IMG/VR virus record: IMGVR_UViG_2974508059_000001
Span: 128,001 to 192,000 of that record
Strand: one strand, 5' to 3'
From: a virus
Lineage: Duplodnaviria; Caudoviricetes
DNA: 64,000 nt
This document shows, one piece after another, positions 49,171 to 59,071 of the stretch. The position numbers and the translations under genes are program-made. The notes beneath the pieces are model-generated. The model was not told the origin of the DNA and ran no database searches. It worked only from the letters and a program-made list of their open reading frames with translations. Numbering within the stretch: position 1 is the first letter of the stretch; every line of letters starts with the position of its first letter.

Positions 49171-49482
49171 ATGCAGGCTTTCTTATCATTCATCTCCGGT
49201 CGTGTTTGGTTGTGGTTAAACCGCAACGAACATTGGTTGATTCCGCTTCTACGCAAAGCAGAGCACCCCATTCCTGAGAAGTCAGTGTGGCTTGTGTATT
49301 TCACACTGTGGATTCTTTTCGTCACCTTGCCGTTCCTCATTGTAGGATGGCTCTTTACACTAACACCCATCGCCGAGATATGTCGGATGGCCCTGTACAC
49401 AGTCTGGCTGATTTTGATGGTACCTGTCAGTCGCGCTGTGTTCGACCCGTTTACAGTCTGGCGTCGCACCAGGATTAAGTAA
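49171..49482 (+). CDS. Membrane protein
   Basis: AAGGAG RBS; two hydrophobic segments. Confidence 0.6.
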   Translation: MQAFLSFISGRVWLWLNRNEHWLIPLLRKAEHPIPEKSVWLVYFTLWILFVTLPFLIVGWLFTLTPIAEICRMALYTVWLILMVPVSRAVFDPFTVWRRTRIK

Positions 49483-49749
49483 ATGAAAACCCCCACCACG
49501 TTAGAACGCGCGGTCGCCCGTGATTTGTTTCTCGCACTGGCATGTGTACTTGGGCAGTTGGCGTATACGTCAATTGCAGTATTGGTACTGTACCATTACA
49601 CGAAAGTGGATCTTGATGATTTGCTAGCGTGGTGGTTTACCTATTTAGGTATTGGTCTTCCTTTAATCACAGCTTACGTGGTTGACTATGTCACCACACT
49701 CGAAGAACGCTCCCACTACGGTCGTCGTCTGGGAGACATTAAGCAGTAA
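49483..49749 (+). CDS. Membrane protein
   Basis: Two hydrophobic segments; abuts the previous gene. Confidence 0.6.
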   Translation: MKTPTTLERAVARDLFLALACVLGQLAYTSIAVLVLYHYTKVDLDDLLAWWFTYLGIGLPLITAYVVDYVTTLEERSHYGRRLGDIKQ

Positions 49750-49779
49750 ACCCTCATCTACCTTTAAGGATACTTTATC

Positions 49780-50700
49780 ATGTCTTTACCTTTAGTCGTT
49801 ATCGAGCAACTGGCCCGTACCCTGCGTAACCGCGAAACCACCATCGCCCTGCAAGCCATGAACGCCTATACCCGTATCGCACGTCGTGCGCTGCTGGCCG
49901 TGGGTCAGTTCACTGCCGTCGACGCCATGGAAGTTTACACCAGCCGTGTCCATGACGTGCTGCCACTGCCGTTTGCTGAGCACACCTTCTCTGATGACCA
50001 CTCTTACGTCAAGTTCGATTCCCACCATCTGGTACCCAACGACGGTGTACGCACCGGCCCGGTTGAGTGGATGATTGTTGCCCGTGGTGACCTCGGTGTG
50101 AGCTATGTGCTGGCTGCGCAAGACCCGCATGTTTTCAATCCGGGTGAGCTGGTTGCGCCAATCGACTTGGCGGCGTACGAACGTGAAACCCCAGTCAAGT
50201 ACAACAACCTGATTCTGGCGTCGAACGTTGCCATCTACATCATTGATAGCTGGGCAGATGCCGCAGTGATTCTGAACGGCCTGTTCAACCCGGTCGGTAA
50301 CGAACAGTTCACCATTGACGTTACGGTGGATATTGCGCCAAAAGAACCAGAGCAGACCACCGCCGAACTGACGCTGCCGGGCACGCATGTGCATCCAAAC
50401 GGCGTCTCTATTCTGGGTGGCGTGCAGAAGAGCAGCGGTGTGACGATTGATCTGCCAGAAGACTTCACCGCAGAGCAACGCGGTCTGGTAATCGAATACG
50501 TTGAATCGTTGGCGGCTAAAACTTCTGCGCCGGCCGATGAGAAAGACGCCGCAGTGGATGCGCTGGTTAGCCGCCTGTACACCCTGTACGGTGCGGACTT
50601 CCGTAAACTGCTGGGTCGTATTGACGGTAACGTGTCGGATATCAAAATCCGCAAAGCGTTCAAAGACTACTTCGTTGCGAAGTGGAACCTGAACAAATAA
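49780..50700 (+). CDS. Hypothetical protein
   Basis: AAGGA RBS; strongly biased codon usage. Confidence 0.7.
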   Translation: MSLPLVVIEQLARTLRNRETTIALQAMNAYTRIARRALLAVGQFTAVDAMEVYTSRVHDVLPLPFAEHTFSDDHSYVKFDSHHLVPNDGVRTGPVEWMIVARGDLGVSYVLAAQDPHVFNPGELVAPIDLAAYERETPVKYNNLILASNVAIYIIDSWADAAVILNGLFNPVGNEQFTIDVTVDIAPKEPEQTTAELTLPGTHVHPNGVSILGGVQKSSGVTIDLPEDFTAEQRGLVIEYVESLAAKTSAPADEKDAAVDALVSRLYTLYGADFRKLLGRIDGNVSDIKIRKAFKDYFVAKWNLNK

Positions 50701-50707
50701 AATAAAG

Positions 50708-50734
50708 GTGACCCACTCCTTCGGGAGTGGGCAC
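50708..50734. terminator. Bidirectional terminator
   Basis: GTG(A)CCCACTCC-ttcg-GGAGTGGGCAC between convergent genes. Confidence 0.8.
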
Positions 50735-50742
50735 TGCCTTTC

Positions 50743-51378
50743 TTATTTTTTTGCCTCGGGAGCGTTCTCGGCATTAGCAGCAACAATCGCCATCAGGCTA
50801 TCATTGAGCTTTTGCAGTTCGGCATTACGAGACAAGGCATTCTCCAGTTGCTCAGACAGCGGAATCGTTTCGCGAATCCGGGCTTTGCGTTCAGCTTCCA
50901 TACGTACGTGGTCTTCATCACTGATAACCCCCTCGTACGCAAGCGTGGTCACACTGGCGGTGACCTGCACACCCAATCCCTTTGCCAACACAGCCACAGC
51001 ATCGGCATTCATCGCATTGATATCCACGTAGTCCGGTACCGGGCCACAATCCCACACCAACACATTCCTTACGTAACTGACCCCGGCAGCACCGGGGTAG
51101 GTTTCGATGTAGGTATCGGGGATAAACACCAACTGTCCGTCATTGGACTTAAAGGTGATTATCGAGGCCCCGACTTTGGCATCCTCCAAGTAATCGCTGT
51201 TGCTGATTCCCAGCGGGGCGTAATACTTGGCGTACGGGTCTTCGTTACGGCGCACCACGTCAGCGAAGTTCGAGATGGCATCCACCCGGAACATCACATC
51301 TTGCGGTAAACTAAACGGGGTGTTGACTTTAAAGATACCCTCGGTGTTTACCGGGGGCGTCAAGGGTATACGCGCCAT
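50743..51378 (-). CDS. Putative virion structural protein
   Basis: GGAGG RBS; co-oriented with 51389..52771. Confidence 0.55.
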   Translation of the reverse strand: MARIPLTPPVNTEGIFKVNTPFSLPQDVMFRVDAISNFADVVRRNEDPYAKYYAPLGISNSDYLEDAKVGASIITFKSNDGQLVFIPDTYIETYPGAAGVSYVRNVLVWDCGPVPDYVDINAMNADAVAVLAKGLGVQVTASVTTLAYEGVISDEDHVRMEAERKARIRETIPLSEQLENALSRNAELQKLNDSLMAIVAANAENAPEAKK

Positions 51379-51388
51379 TTAGCCTCCC

Positions 51389-52771
51389 TTAGCTATTGGT
51401 GGGTGCAGCAGGTGTACCCCAGACCGCTTTGCGGGCGACGATACGATACTCCACGTTCTGGTATTCGAACACAAAGAAGTAGAGTGCCGGGTCCGTGTCG
51501 TCCACGAGTTTCACCACATCCAACGGCGTGTCGTACGGGTGGTATTCTTCGGCCGCAACCAGTGCTTGGAAGAACAGCTTCAGCCACTCCGTTGTGTTCT
51601 TCGACACACGAGCAATATCTGCGTTCTGGGTAGAGATAAGTGCGTAGTCAGGGATGACCTTGTTTAAGGTATCCTTGTCAATCGCATTCTCTGGCCCCGC
51701 AATCACTGCACATGACAGTGACTTATAAATGCTCGGGAAGAATTGCACATCGGTTGTCGGTTTCGGCAACTCGTTGGAATTTTTTTGTGCGACGGTTTGT
51801 GCGCCCCACTCACCAAACGCTGTAACGGCATCCGCAAGAAAATCATATGGGAGGATGGGCGAATACAATGCCGCAATGTCTTCTTCGTTGGGCACTCCTC
51901 GGATGGCCCAACCCGGCACGAACGTGAACTTGGTCGTGGTGAAGATTTCTGGAAACACTTTCACCCAATCCGACACCGGGTAGTCAGAGTTCTCGAGGAT
52001 GTACTCTCGCAGTGCCTCTTTCTGCTTGGTCGGATTTAGCCCCGCACGACCATAGATGAGTAGGGAGATGGGGACCAACAACGTTGCATCGTAGTCCTCA
52101 CGATCGTGCCATGTATAATTATGGGTCACCAGTGCGGTGTACGGGTAGCCGGCCGCACGGGCATTGATGGCATTATGATGGTCGGGTAAGTTAAACGCCT
52201 CCATCGCTTTCGCCACCGCAGATTTGACACCCATGAACACATCCACCGGTGAGATGGGCATTTGGGGATAAATCTCACAACCGGTGTAGTTCTGACTGAA
52301 GTCGGCATCGTCGAACCAAACGATAATGGTGTTATCCACATCGCTTGGGTCTTCTACCCCCGACGCCGTGACTTCTAATTTCCAGCTGACCCAACGCGGG
52401 AACCAGTTCGAGCCCGAGGCAATCATGGAACCCGATTGAACATCGCCAATCGTGGTACTGAATTGACCTAACAGGAGACGCTGGAATTCAACTTCATCAT
52501 TTTTGAAGTTACCATTAATGGACTGGGTGTAAATCCATTGACTCAAAGTTAAGATGTGGTCTGAAAAGACCGAAGGAACAGTGATCGTTGTTTTGTCACG
52601 CTTCGATGTGAAGGAAACCAACTCCACCTGAAGGCCTGCTTTGGTGAAGTATTGTTTGCTGCGCGCGAAGGAATGTGACAGTTCTGACAGCTCGCCCACG
52701 ACCGCTGTCTGACCGGGTTCGTTGTTAATTAGCGCCCCGATTTGGATAAAGCCTTGTATATCTAAACTCAT
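51389..52771 (-). CDS. Putative virion structural protein
   Basis: GAGG RBS; G.....VGELS..S..F motif typical of jumbo-phage virion proteins, recognised from memory. Confidence 0.55.
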   Translation of the reverse strand: MSLDIQGFIQIGALINNEPGQTAVVGELSELSHSFARSKQYFTKAGLQVELVSFTSKRDKTTITVPSVFSDHILTLSQWIYTQSINGNFKNDEVEFQRLLLGQFSTTIGDVQSGSMIASGSNWFPRWVSWKLEVTASGVEDPSDVDNTIIVWFDDADFSQNYTGCEIYPQMPISPVDVFMGVKSAVAKAMEAFNLPDHHNAINARAAGYPYTALVTHNYTWHDREDYDATLLVPISLLIYGRAGLNPTKQKEALREYILENSDYPVSDWVKVFPEIFTTTKFTFVPGWAIRGVPNEEDIAALYSPILPYDFLADAVTAFGEWGAQTVAQKNSNELPKPTTDVQFFPSIYKSLSCAVIAGPENAIDKDTLNKVIPDYALISTQNADIARVSKNTTEWLKLFFQALVAAEEYHPYDTPLDVVKLVDDTDPALYFFVFEYQNVEYRIVARKAVWGTPAAPTNS

Positions 52772-52795
52772 TATAAAAATACCTCGAGGTGAGCA

Positions 52796-53296
52796 ATGTT
52801 AGCATCACTGTTAAAATTACTTCCAATCTTGCAGTTGCTGATGGAAGTCTTTCGGCCGGGTGACGGTGAGAAGGTTACCCGCACAGCAAAAATTACTTCA
52901 CTTGCAATGACGTTAATCTTGGTCTATTCCGGCTTCGTCTCGTACCTGTACTTCCAGCAGTATCATTTACTGGTGCAGGTGCGCGAGCACGATCGCTACA
53001 TGGCGACCGGATACGACGAGAAAAAAGGCCTGGCTGACAAGCAGGCCGATGACATAAGAGACCTGTACAGGCAACTGTTTGTCTGCTTGGGCAAGGAGCC
53101 ATATGATAGTTCGAAGAGTGCACCTGTAACGATGTCTACCATGCCCCCACCTCCGGTGGTTGCGCCCGAAGTGCCGGTTCACTCAGACCCAGCACCCGTA
53201 AAGAAGCGCGAAGCAGCCAAACGCCCCGTTGGGGTGGCTGAGACCAACATGTTTCGTCAATCCATAATCGACCATCTCAATGGGGAAATAAAATGA
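52796..53296 (+). CDS. Membrane-anchored protein, i-spanin candidate
   Basis: Transmembrane segment followed by a helical region, a Cys and a Pro-rich linker. Confidence 0.45.
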   Translation: MLASLLKLLPILQLLMEVFRPGDGEKVTRTAKITSLAMTLILVYSGFVSYLYFQQYHLLVQVREHDRYMATGYDEKKGLADKQADDIRDLYRQLFVCLGKEPYDSSKSAPVTMSTMPPPPVVAPEVPVHSDPAPVKKREAAKRPVGVAETNMFRQSIIDHLNGEIK

Positions 53297-53763
53297 AACC
53301 TTTCTGTCTGGGGGCACTCCTGCTGTTGTTGGCAGGCTGTGTCCCTCACGACAAAGGTACCCCGCTGCAACCGCAGCGGGCATGGCCGACGAGGCAGCTA
53401 GACAGCCCACCAGTGGCCGCGAAATATCCTTTGGGTAACGACGATCAGAAAGCGTTTGAGACATATGTTATCGACGTGAACATCTATGCGTATTATGTCT
53501 ACACGTACGCACGTAACCTTAACGAATATGTCGCCGCGCGTGGTTGGCATCCACCTCGGGTCGCACCTTTGTGTGAAGAGTTTGAAACACCGGACCTCCA
53601 TCCGATTCCAGACCGCATTACGCTTGACCGCAACTCACGAACCCCGGAGCAGATTAGTCAGGACATCGCTAATCAGTTTCGTCAAATTCTTGAGAACTAC
53701 CGGGCAGACCGTAAGGCGTTTCGGCATAACTTCTCACAGCACGAGCAGACTTGTTTAAACTAA
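53293..53763 (+). CDS. Lipoprotein, o-spanin candidate
   Basis: Lipobox LLAG-C; ATGA overlap with the upstream gene. Confidence 0.55.
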   Translation: MKPFCLGALLLLLAGCVPHDKGTPLQPQRAWPTRQLDSPPVAAKYPLGNDDQKAFETYVIDVNIYAYYVYTYARNLNEYVAARGWHPPRVAPLCEEFETPDLHPIPDRITLDRNSRTPEQISQDIANQFRQILENYRADRKAFRHNFSQHEQTCLN

Positions 53764-53766
53764 GCG

Positions 53767-53798
53767 TATCCTCCACCTCCTTCGGGCGGTGGAGGGTA
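53767..53798 (+). terminator. Intrinsic terminator (UUCG loop)
   Basis: TATCCTCCACCTCC-ttcg-GGCGGTGGAGGGTA followed by a T run. Confidence 0.75.
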
Positions 53799-53838
53799 TC
53801 TTTTATTTTACATCATCAACATTTCTAATGTATATCCA

Positions 53839-54552
53839 ATGGAGCGCAAAATAATGCAAAACGTAGTTATCCCCTCAATTGTAGTAGGCACAGACGTTGA
53901 AACCAAGTCGTTACGACCGGATGCGTATATCCTGAGTATTGGCTTGGCTGCGTTCGATATCGCAACTCTGCGCCTAATTGGGGCGTCGTATCAGGCCATC
54001 GATCCTAACGATGCAGACGCCGATCGTGTCTTCCATACTGACCCTGCAACTATCGGTTGGTGGGAAGGTAAAGATAATCCGGACTATGCTCCGTCTGAAG
54101 CCGCTCGCAAAGAAGCGTTCTCAGGCACCACGAACATCAAAGATGCACTTTGGACGGCTAAGAAGTTCCTCGACGATTTGGGGAATAAGCCGATCGTATT
54201 GGCTATGCGTGGCCCAGACTTTGATTCACCGATTTTGATGAACGCCTTCGCCCAGTGCGATGTGCCACCGGGTAAGTTCCGTAAGTTTTCTATGCTGGAC
54301 TCTGACCGTACCACAGAACGTCTGGCACATGCGTTTGGTCTGCAACCGGATATGGAAGCAGAAGCCCACAACTGGACACGCGGCAAAGACTTCGTCCTGC
54401 ACCACTCAGGTTTCGATGCTGCTAAAGAAGGGTATCTGACGGCACGTTTCTATCACCTTGCGCTAGTTGCGCGTACGCACGGTTTCCCGCGCATGCTGGA
54501 AGCTCACGAGCAAATGCGTACCGGTGAGTACATCCCGACGATGTTCCTGTAA
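53839..54552 (+). CDS. DEDDh 3'-5' exonuclease
   Basis: DVET (Exo I), GPDFD (Exo II), H.SGFDA (Exo III). Confidence 0.8.
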   Translation: MERKIMQNVVIPSIVVGTDVETKSLRPDAYILSIGLAAFDIATLRLIGASYQAIDPNDADADRVFHTDPATIGWWEGKDNPDYAPSEAARKEAFSGTTNIKDALWTAKKFLDDLGNKPIVLAMRGPDFDSPILMNAFAQCDVPPGKFRKFSMLDSDRTTERLAHAFGLQPDMEAEAHNWTRGKDFVLHHSGFDAAKEGYLTARFYHLALVARTHGFPRMLEAHEQMRTGEYIPTMFL

Positions 54553-54562
54553 GAGAGGATTA

Positions 54563-56083
54563 ATGAAAGAGTACGACGTCGCCGTGCTATACACGGACGG
54601 GAGTCACACCACTGCCCCCTTAGGTTCGGGGGCGGGTATTCATGGCTACCTGTACAATAAAGCTGATTTTAAATCAGAACGTGGCTATTTCGCCGACGGG
54701 GTACCGGAGGCGGTTACGCCAGAAGAGTACCAAATCATTTCGCAGGCGGAGAAATTGCCTGCTATGCCTGAGGGCTTAGTCGAATGGGTTAACTGCACGA
54801 TTCCTGTACCCAAAGAACAATTCTCGGATGTCGGTGAACTGGTGGCCTTTATCTCGGCCTTTGATGGTGCACCGTTTAAGGCAAAGAAATACGTTATCCA
54901 CGTGGATGCGACCTACGTACTGAACTCCTTCAATAAGTGGCTGGAAGGTTGGGCCAGTCGGGGTTGGTTACGGGCTGACGGGACACCGGTTGCGAACCTC
55001 AAACTGATGCAGCGTATCTGGGAGCTCAAACAGGGCTTCAAGAAAGACGGCATCTCAGTTAAGGTCGTGAAGATTAAAGGGCACTCTGACCGCTACGGCA
55101 ACGACCAAGCGGATAAGATGGCCCGTCTTGGTTCGACTATGACGGCGACGTTTGAGAATGTGGAGTATCGCCCATTCTGGACAACCGAAGAGATGCCTGC
55201 GAAGGAAGAGAAAGAGCAGGCAGTCGATGTTGGTATCAATCTCTCTTTACTGCCGGCTATCAACACGCAGAAGTTCCACTACGTGCAGGTGAATGAACCC
55301 CACCCGATGTGCACCGTGAACGGCGAGCAGTGGTATTATCTGTCCTCAGGCAACCATGCCAAAGACAAAGACGATATCGTGCTGCTTGGGAAGATGATTC
55401 CCGATGCGATGTTCTCGGTGACCTTTGCTAAGAAACCGTGGGAGAACCTTTACTTCCTCGCCAACGCCCATGCCAACACCGCGTGGCAGGACACCCCGGC
55501 ACTGAAGCGGTTTGACCCGATTGCGATCATCACCGGTGATTTCCTGAAGCGTAAGAAGTTTCAGGAGGCGTGCAAGGAGGGAATACCGATTGAGCGCATG
55601 ACCTTCTCAGAAGACCGCAACGTGTGGTTCTTTGAGGACTTGGCCATCAGTCGTATTCTGCGCCCTGCGCTGCTGTCGTATCGGGCGATTGGTTTTCGTG
55701 ACGAACTGGCTCAGATGCTGAAGTCGGTCATGCAAAAGGAAGCGCATATCGTTTTAAACGACATCACCGATCTTCTCTTTGATGAGAAGGGGAAACCTTC
55801 CAAAGAGGTCTACCGTAACGTTGATAAGTCGTTTGAGATTCAGGCGAAGATTCCCTTCAACGACACGCAAACCATTCCCATCATCCTGACGCGAGGTATT
55901 GACCTACCGCAACGTACCGACATTAACCGCATCAAAGAACCCACTGGTCGCTTCTACGTGGCTTGCTGGCGTCCTGAGGAGCGTTACGTGCGTTATGCAG
56001 TGATTTATCTCGGGGAAGAGTATAACGGGTTATGGATAGCCTACTACGCTGCAAACCGCATCCTGCCGACTGACATTAAGTGA
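54563..56083 (+). CDS. rnhA: Ribonuclease HI with C-terminal extension
   Basis: YTDGS, GELVA, VDATY, W...GW....G.PVAN and KGHS..YGN..AD motifs. AGAGGA RBS at 54563. Confidence 0.85.
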   Translation: MKEYDVAVLYTDGSHTTAPLGSGAGIHGYLYNKADFKSERGYFADGVPEAVTPEEYQIISQAEKLPAMPEGLVEWVNCTIPVPKEQFSDVGELVAFISAFDGAPFKAKKYVIHVDATYVLNSFNKWLEGWASRGWLRADGTPVANLKLMQRIWELKQGFKKDGISVKVVKIKGHSDRYGNDQADKMARLGSTMTATFENVEYRPFWTTEEMPAKEEKEQAVDVGINLSLLPAINTQKFHYVQVNEPHPMCTVNGEQWYYLSSGNHAKDKDDIVLLGKMIPDAMFSVTFAKKPWENLYFLANAHANTAWQDTPALKRFDPIAIITGDFLKRKKFQEACKEGIPIERMTFSEDRNVWFFEDLAISRILRPALLSYRAIGFRDELAQMLKSVMQKEAHIVLNDITDLLFDEKGKPSKEVYRNVDKSFEIQAKIPFNDTQTIPIILTRGIDLPQRTDINRIKEPTGRFYVACWRPEERYVRYAVIYLGEEYNGLWIAYYAANRILPTDIK

Positions 56084-56090
56084 GGTCTTT

Positions 56091-56828
56091 ATGCTGCGTG
56101 TTTTTAGTCACGTATTGACGCTACACAGCGACAAGTTAGTTGAAGCCTTGGCCGAGTATTACGCACTGACGTTTTACCGCTACGGCAAAGCCATGAAGCT
56201 TACCCCAACGGAGCAGAAGGCGATTGAGGAAACCACCACTGCGGCAGCGCGGTGGATGGTGGCCAACATCCTGCTGGAAGGGATAGCGCTGGCAAACGCC
56301 CGGACACATCTCTCGCCGTCATTGAAAAGCTTCGATGTTTATGGCGATGCGATGGCTGATTACTTCACCGACCCCGCGTTAGAGAACCACCTGTCGCCGA
56401 GTGTGACCGTGGGTGAGTTCTTTGCCCACATCGTTTCTACCCGACCCCTCTCGGCGTTGCTGGAAGGGGCGATGAAATGGTTCGTCGATCAGTTCATGGA
56501 CGAGGTGTATAACCTGCTGGGGAAAGACTCCTTCTCGATTGATAAGTACACGGGTATCTACATGACCCGCGACATGCTTATCAAGCAGATGGAAAACCAT
56601 AAGGTTATCCTGCCGTTCATTGAGCCGTTGGAGTGGACGTTCATTGCCATCGTCAAATGTGAAGATGCGCATGAAGCAGTGCTGGGTCTCGACCACGCGT
56701 TTGTCGTGCAGGGCGATGCGTTTATCCTGCCGGAAACTTTCCCCACCATGATTGCCCCCGTGCCGGGTGAGGATGTCGAAGTCTACGAGCTTCTGCCCCG
56801 TATCGTTGAGGAGCTGAAAAAGCTTTAA
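56091..56828 (+). CDS. Hypothetical protein
   Basis: GAGG RBS. Confidence 0.65.
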   Translation: MLRVFSHVLTLHSDKLVEALAEYYALTFYRYGKAMKLTPTEQKAIEETTTAAARWMVANILLEGIALANARTHLSPSLKSFDVYGDAMADYFTDPALENHLSPSVTVGEFFAHIVSTRPLSALLEGAMKWFVDQFMDEVYNLLGKDSFSIDKYTGIYMTRDMLIKQMENHKVILPFIEPLEWTFIAIVKCEDAHEAVLGLDHAFVVQGDAFILPETFPTMIAPVPGEDVEVYELLPRIVEELKKL

Positions 56829-56847
56829 GATAGATATTATCTCCGTG
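56828..56847 (+). promoter_or_regulatory. Putative early phage promoter motif
   Basis: AGATAGATATTATCTCCGTG. Confidence 0.65.
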
Positions 56848-56868
56848 GTAAATCGTTAGGAGTCATTT

Positions 56869-57588
56869 ATGTTACGTGTGGTTATGCCCGAACTCTTTCA
56901 GTTTACAACGCCTACCGCGACGAAGCTGTTTGAGAAGATATGGGATCGCTACTGCCCGGAGAAGCTTGCTACTCGACCTGAACTGTGGGTACGCCGAGAT
57001 GAGTTCTATCTGGGCGCTTTCCCACTGTTCGTTAAAACGTTTGCAGTGGCCATTACCGGGATGTTGGATGCGGTCAACCTTGGTCGTGATTTTGACATTC
57101 ACGAGTTGGAATTTAGCTACGAGGATATTTATAACGATTATCAGCATGAGGAATTCGACGGTGAGATGGAAGGGGAAGTGTTACTCTTCATGAACTTCGT
57201 CGAAGGTGTGTTGGGTGAGAAGGACAAGTTCTTAAACGAGCTGGCGGATAAACTGACAGGGGCGTATCAGAACCTGTTGGCACTGCGCAAGCAACACGAC
57301 ATCGTTGGCTTTTGGCTGGATGTCTATTCGATGGACATGCGCATCTGGGAAGACAACCCGTCGGTGTTCGCTATTCAGAACGGGGACTTTGAACCGCAGT
57401 GGCATGACCGTTACACCACCGGCCCCGGCAGTATGTTCTACGAGCTTTCAAAAGACGACGGTATGGAGTTCTACCTGTGGATGGATTGCATCGTGGCCGA
57501 GTCGCCACGCATCACGATTCCCGAAGGCGAACCGGTAACGTTGTGTCATTTAACCCATGAAGCCATTGCCTTTATGGAACCCGTCTAA
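56869..57588 (+). CDS. Hypothetical acidic protein
   Basis: AGGAG RBS. Confidence 0.7.
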   Translation: MLRVVMPELFQFTTPTATKLFEKIWDRYCPEKLATRPELWVRRDEFYLGAFPLFVKTFAVAITGMLDAVNLGRDFDIHELEFSYEDIYNDYQHEEFDGEMEGEVLLFMNFVEGVLGEKDKFLNELADKLTGAYQNLLALRKQHDIVGFWLDVYSMDMRIWEDNPSVFAIQNGDFEPQWHDRYTTGPGSMFYELSKDDGMEFYLWMDCIVAESPRITIPEGEPVTLCHLTHEAIAFMEPV

Positions 57589-57610
57589 AATAAATCGTAA
57601 GGAGTAATAC

Positions 57611-57991
57611 ATGAAACTGAATGACCTGATTGCAACGATGATCAAAACCAGTCGGAAGAACACCACTTTTGAGGGGGGGCTGATTCTCCTCACGGTTGAC
57701 CAGAATGCCGAGCCGCTAGTGCGCCTCCAACTTCCGGACGCGCTGGTCGCGGAACCCAACGATCGTGGTCTGCTGCGTACCCTGCGTGAGGACAGTGTGC
57801 GTGACCGTACTGATTGGCCGCGGGTTGTGGTGTGGTGTCACAATCCGCACATCTCCCTTGGTAATGAAGCTGACATTGTGCTTCACGTCTGGAAGGATGG
57901 CGACGATGTCAAAGTTCGCTGCGAGAAGTTCCGCAGCCTGATGGACCGCCCAAGCGATGTGTGGACACTCGGGGAAGAAGCTACCGCGTAA
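57611..57991 (+). CDS. Hypothetical protein
   Basis: AAGGAG RBS. Confidence 0.7.
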   Translation: MKLNDLIATMIKTSRKNTTFEGGLILLTVDQNAEPLVRLQLPDALVAEPNDRGLLRTLREDSVRDRTDWPRVVVWCHNPHISLGNEADIVLHVWKDGDDVKVRCEKFRSLMDRPSDVWTLGEEATA

Positions 57992-58003
57992 CCTGATTGA
58001 GGA

Positions 58004-58450
58004 GTGGTGATGTTAACCGTTCAAAGCGAAACACTGATGAACGTGGATAGGCTCTTCCTCCGTAAGTACGATAAGATAATCGCCGCCGAGCCCCTTAACT
58101 GGACCCGTGTGGCGGTTAAATATTTTTTAATGCGTACGGTACTGGGCGATCGGGATATTGCAGGTGAGGAGTTGGTGACAGCAGTCCAAGAAACCAAAGC
58201 CTGCTGGGTGGAGGCCGGTCTACCTGATATCAGTTGGTTTCGGGTAAACCAGTTCTTGCTTTACCTCGGGCAGTTCTCGCAGCATCCCATCCACGCACTT
58301 AACCACGAGCTGCAACGTATGCTCGAACAGAATTACGTTGAAATACAATACAGTGCCCACAATCTGGTCTTCAATCAGTATCAGGTTGTTCGCGCAACTG
58401 ACTTGTTGATGTCCCATGCATTATTGGAGCCTTTCAATGCAGCAAGTTAA
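58004..58450 (+). CDS. Hypothetical protein
   Basis: GAGGAG RBS; start may be 58010. Confidence 0.6.
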   Translation: MVMLTVQSETLMNVDRLFLRKYDKIIAAEPLNWTRVAVKYFLMRTVLGDRDIAGEELVTAVQETKACWVEAGLPDISWFRVNQFLLYLGQFSQHPIHALNHELQRMLEQNYVEIQYSAHNLVFNQYQVVRATDLLMSHALLEPFNAAS

Positions 58451-59069
58451 GATGCACATCCTCATGTCGTTGGAATCTTATCTCAAAGGTCTGTCGTTTC
58501 ATGAGGAGGCCGTGAAAACTGCCTACCTTATTGTTGCAAGAGAAATCGCAAAGCAGGATTACATCGAAGATTGGGCACCCCTTTCCGGAATGTGGCAGGC
58601 GATGCGCTTTATTGTTCACGAGGGCGGCCTTGAACTCGCCTTGGCCGAAGAGTACGTCGAGCCGCGGATGGTGAAAAAAGTACGTCAGCTTCTCTTAGCT
58701 TTGATGGGGGACTTTGATAACTTTCCGCGACACTCCATGGATGTGAACCGCAGTTACCTCGGTAGCGTCAGTGAAGTGAAAGCCGCACTCGACATGCCGC
58801 TTGTGTTTGCGCGGGATGAAGACCTGCTGAATCACAACCTGTGGTTTGCCGGTTCCATGGAGAGTCCATGCTACGTGGAAGAGCGGGAGATTATCAGCTC
58901 AGAACAAGAGTGGGGTAATCTGGTTGTCAAATACCCACACGGTCCGTATATGTGGCGAGCCGATTGGGATGCGTTTGTACCGCGTGCTGACTCGATGCGT
59001 CACAAGCACGTTATGATTCTTGATGTTGAAGCAGAGCGTGAGCGTTTCTACGCGCTCTTTAAGGAGTAA
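58437..59069 (+). CDS. Hypothetical protein
   Basis: GGAG RBS before the ATG at 58437. Confidence 0.6.
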   Translation: MQQVKMHILMSLESYLKGLSFHEEAVKTAYLIVAREIAKQDYIEDWAPLSGMWQAMRFIVHEGGLELALAEEYVEPRMVKKVRQLLLALMGDFDNFPRHSMDVNRSYLGSVSEVKAALDMPLVFARDEDLLNHNLWFAGSMESPCYVEEREIISSEQEWGNLVVKYPHGPYMWRADWDAFVPRADSMRHKHVMILDVEAERERFYALFKE

Positions 59070-59071
59070 CC

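Noticed and set aside
54467-54562. Longer RNase H start given in the ORF track
   Set aside because: It overlaps the exonuclease gene; the RBS supports the ATG at 54563.
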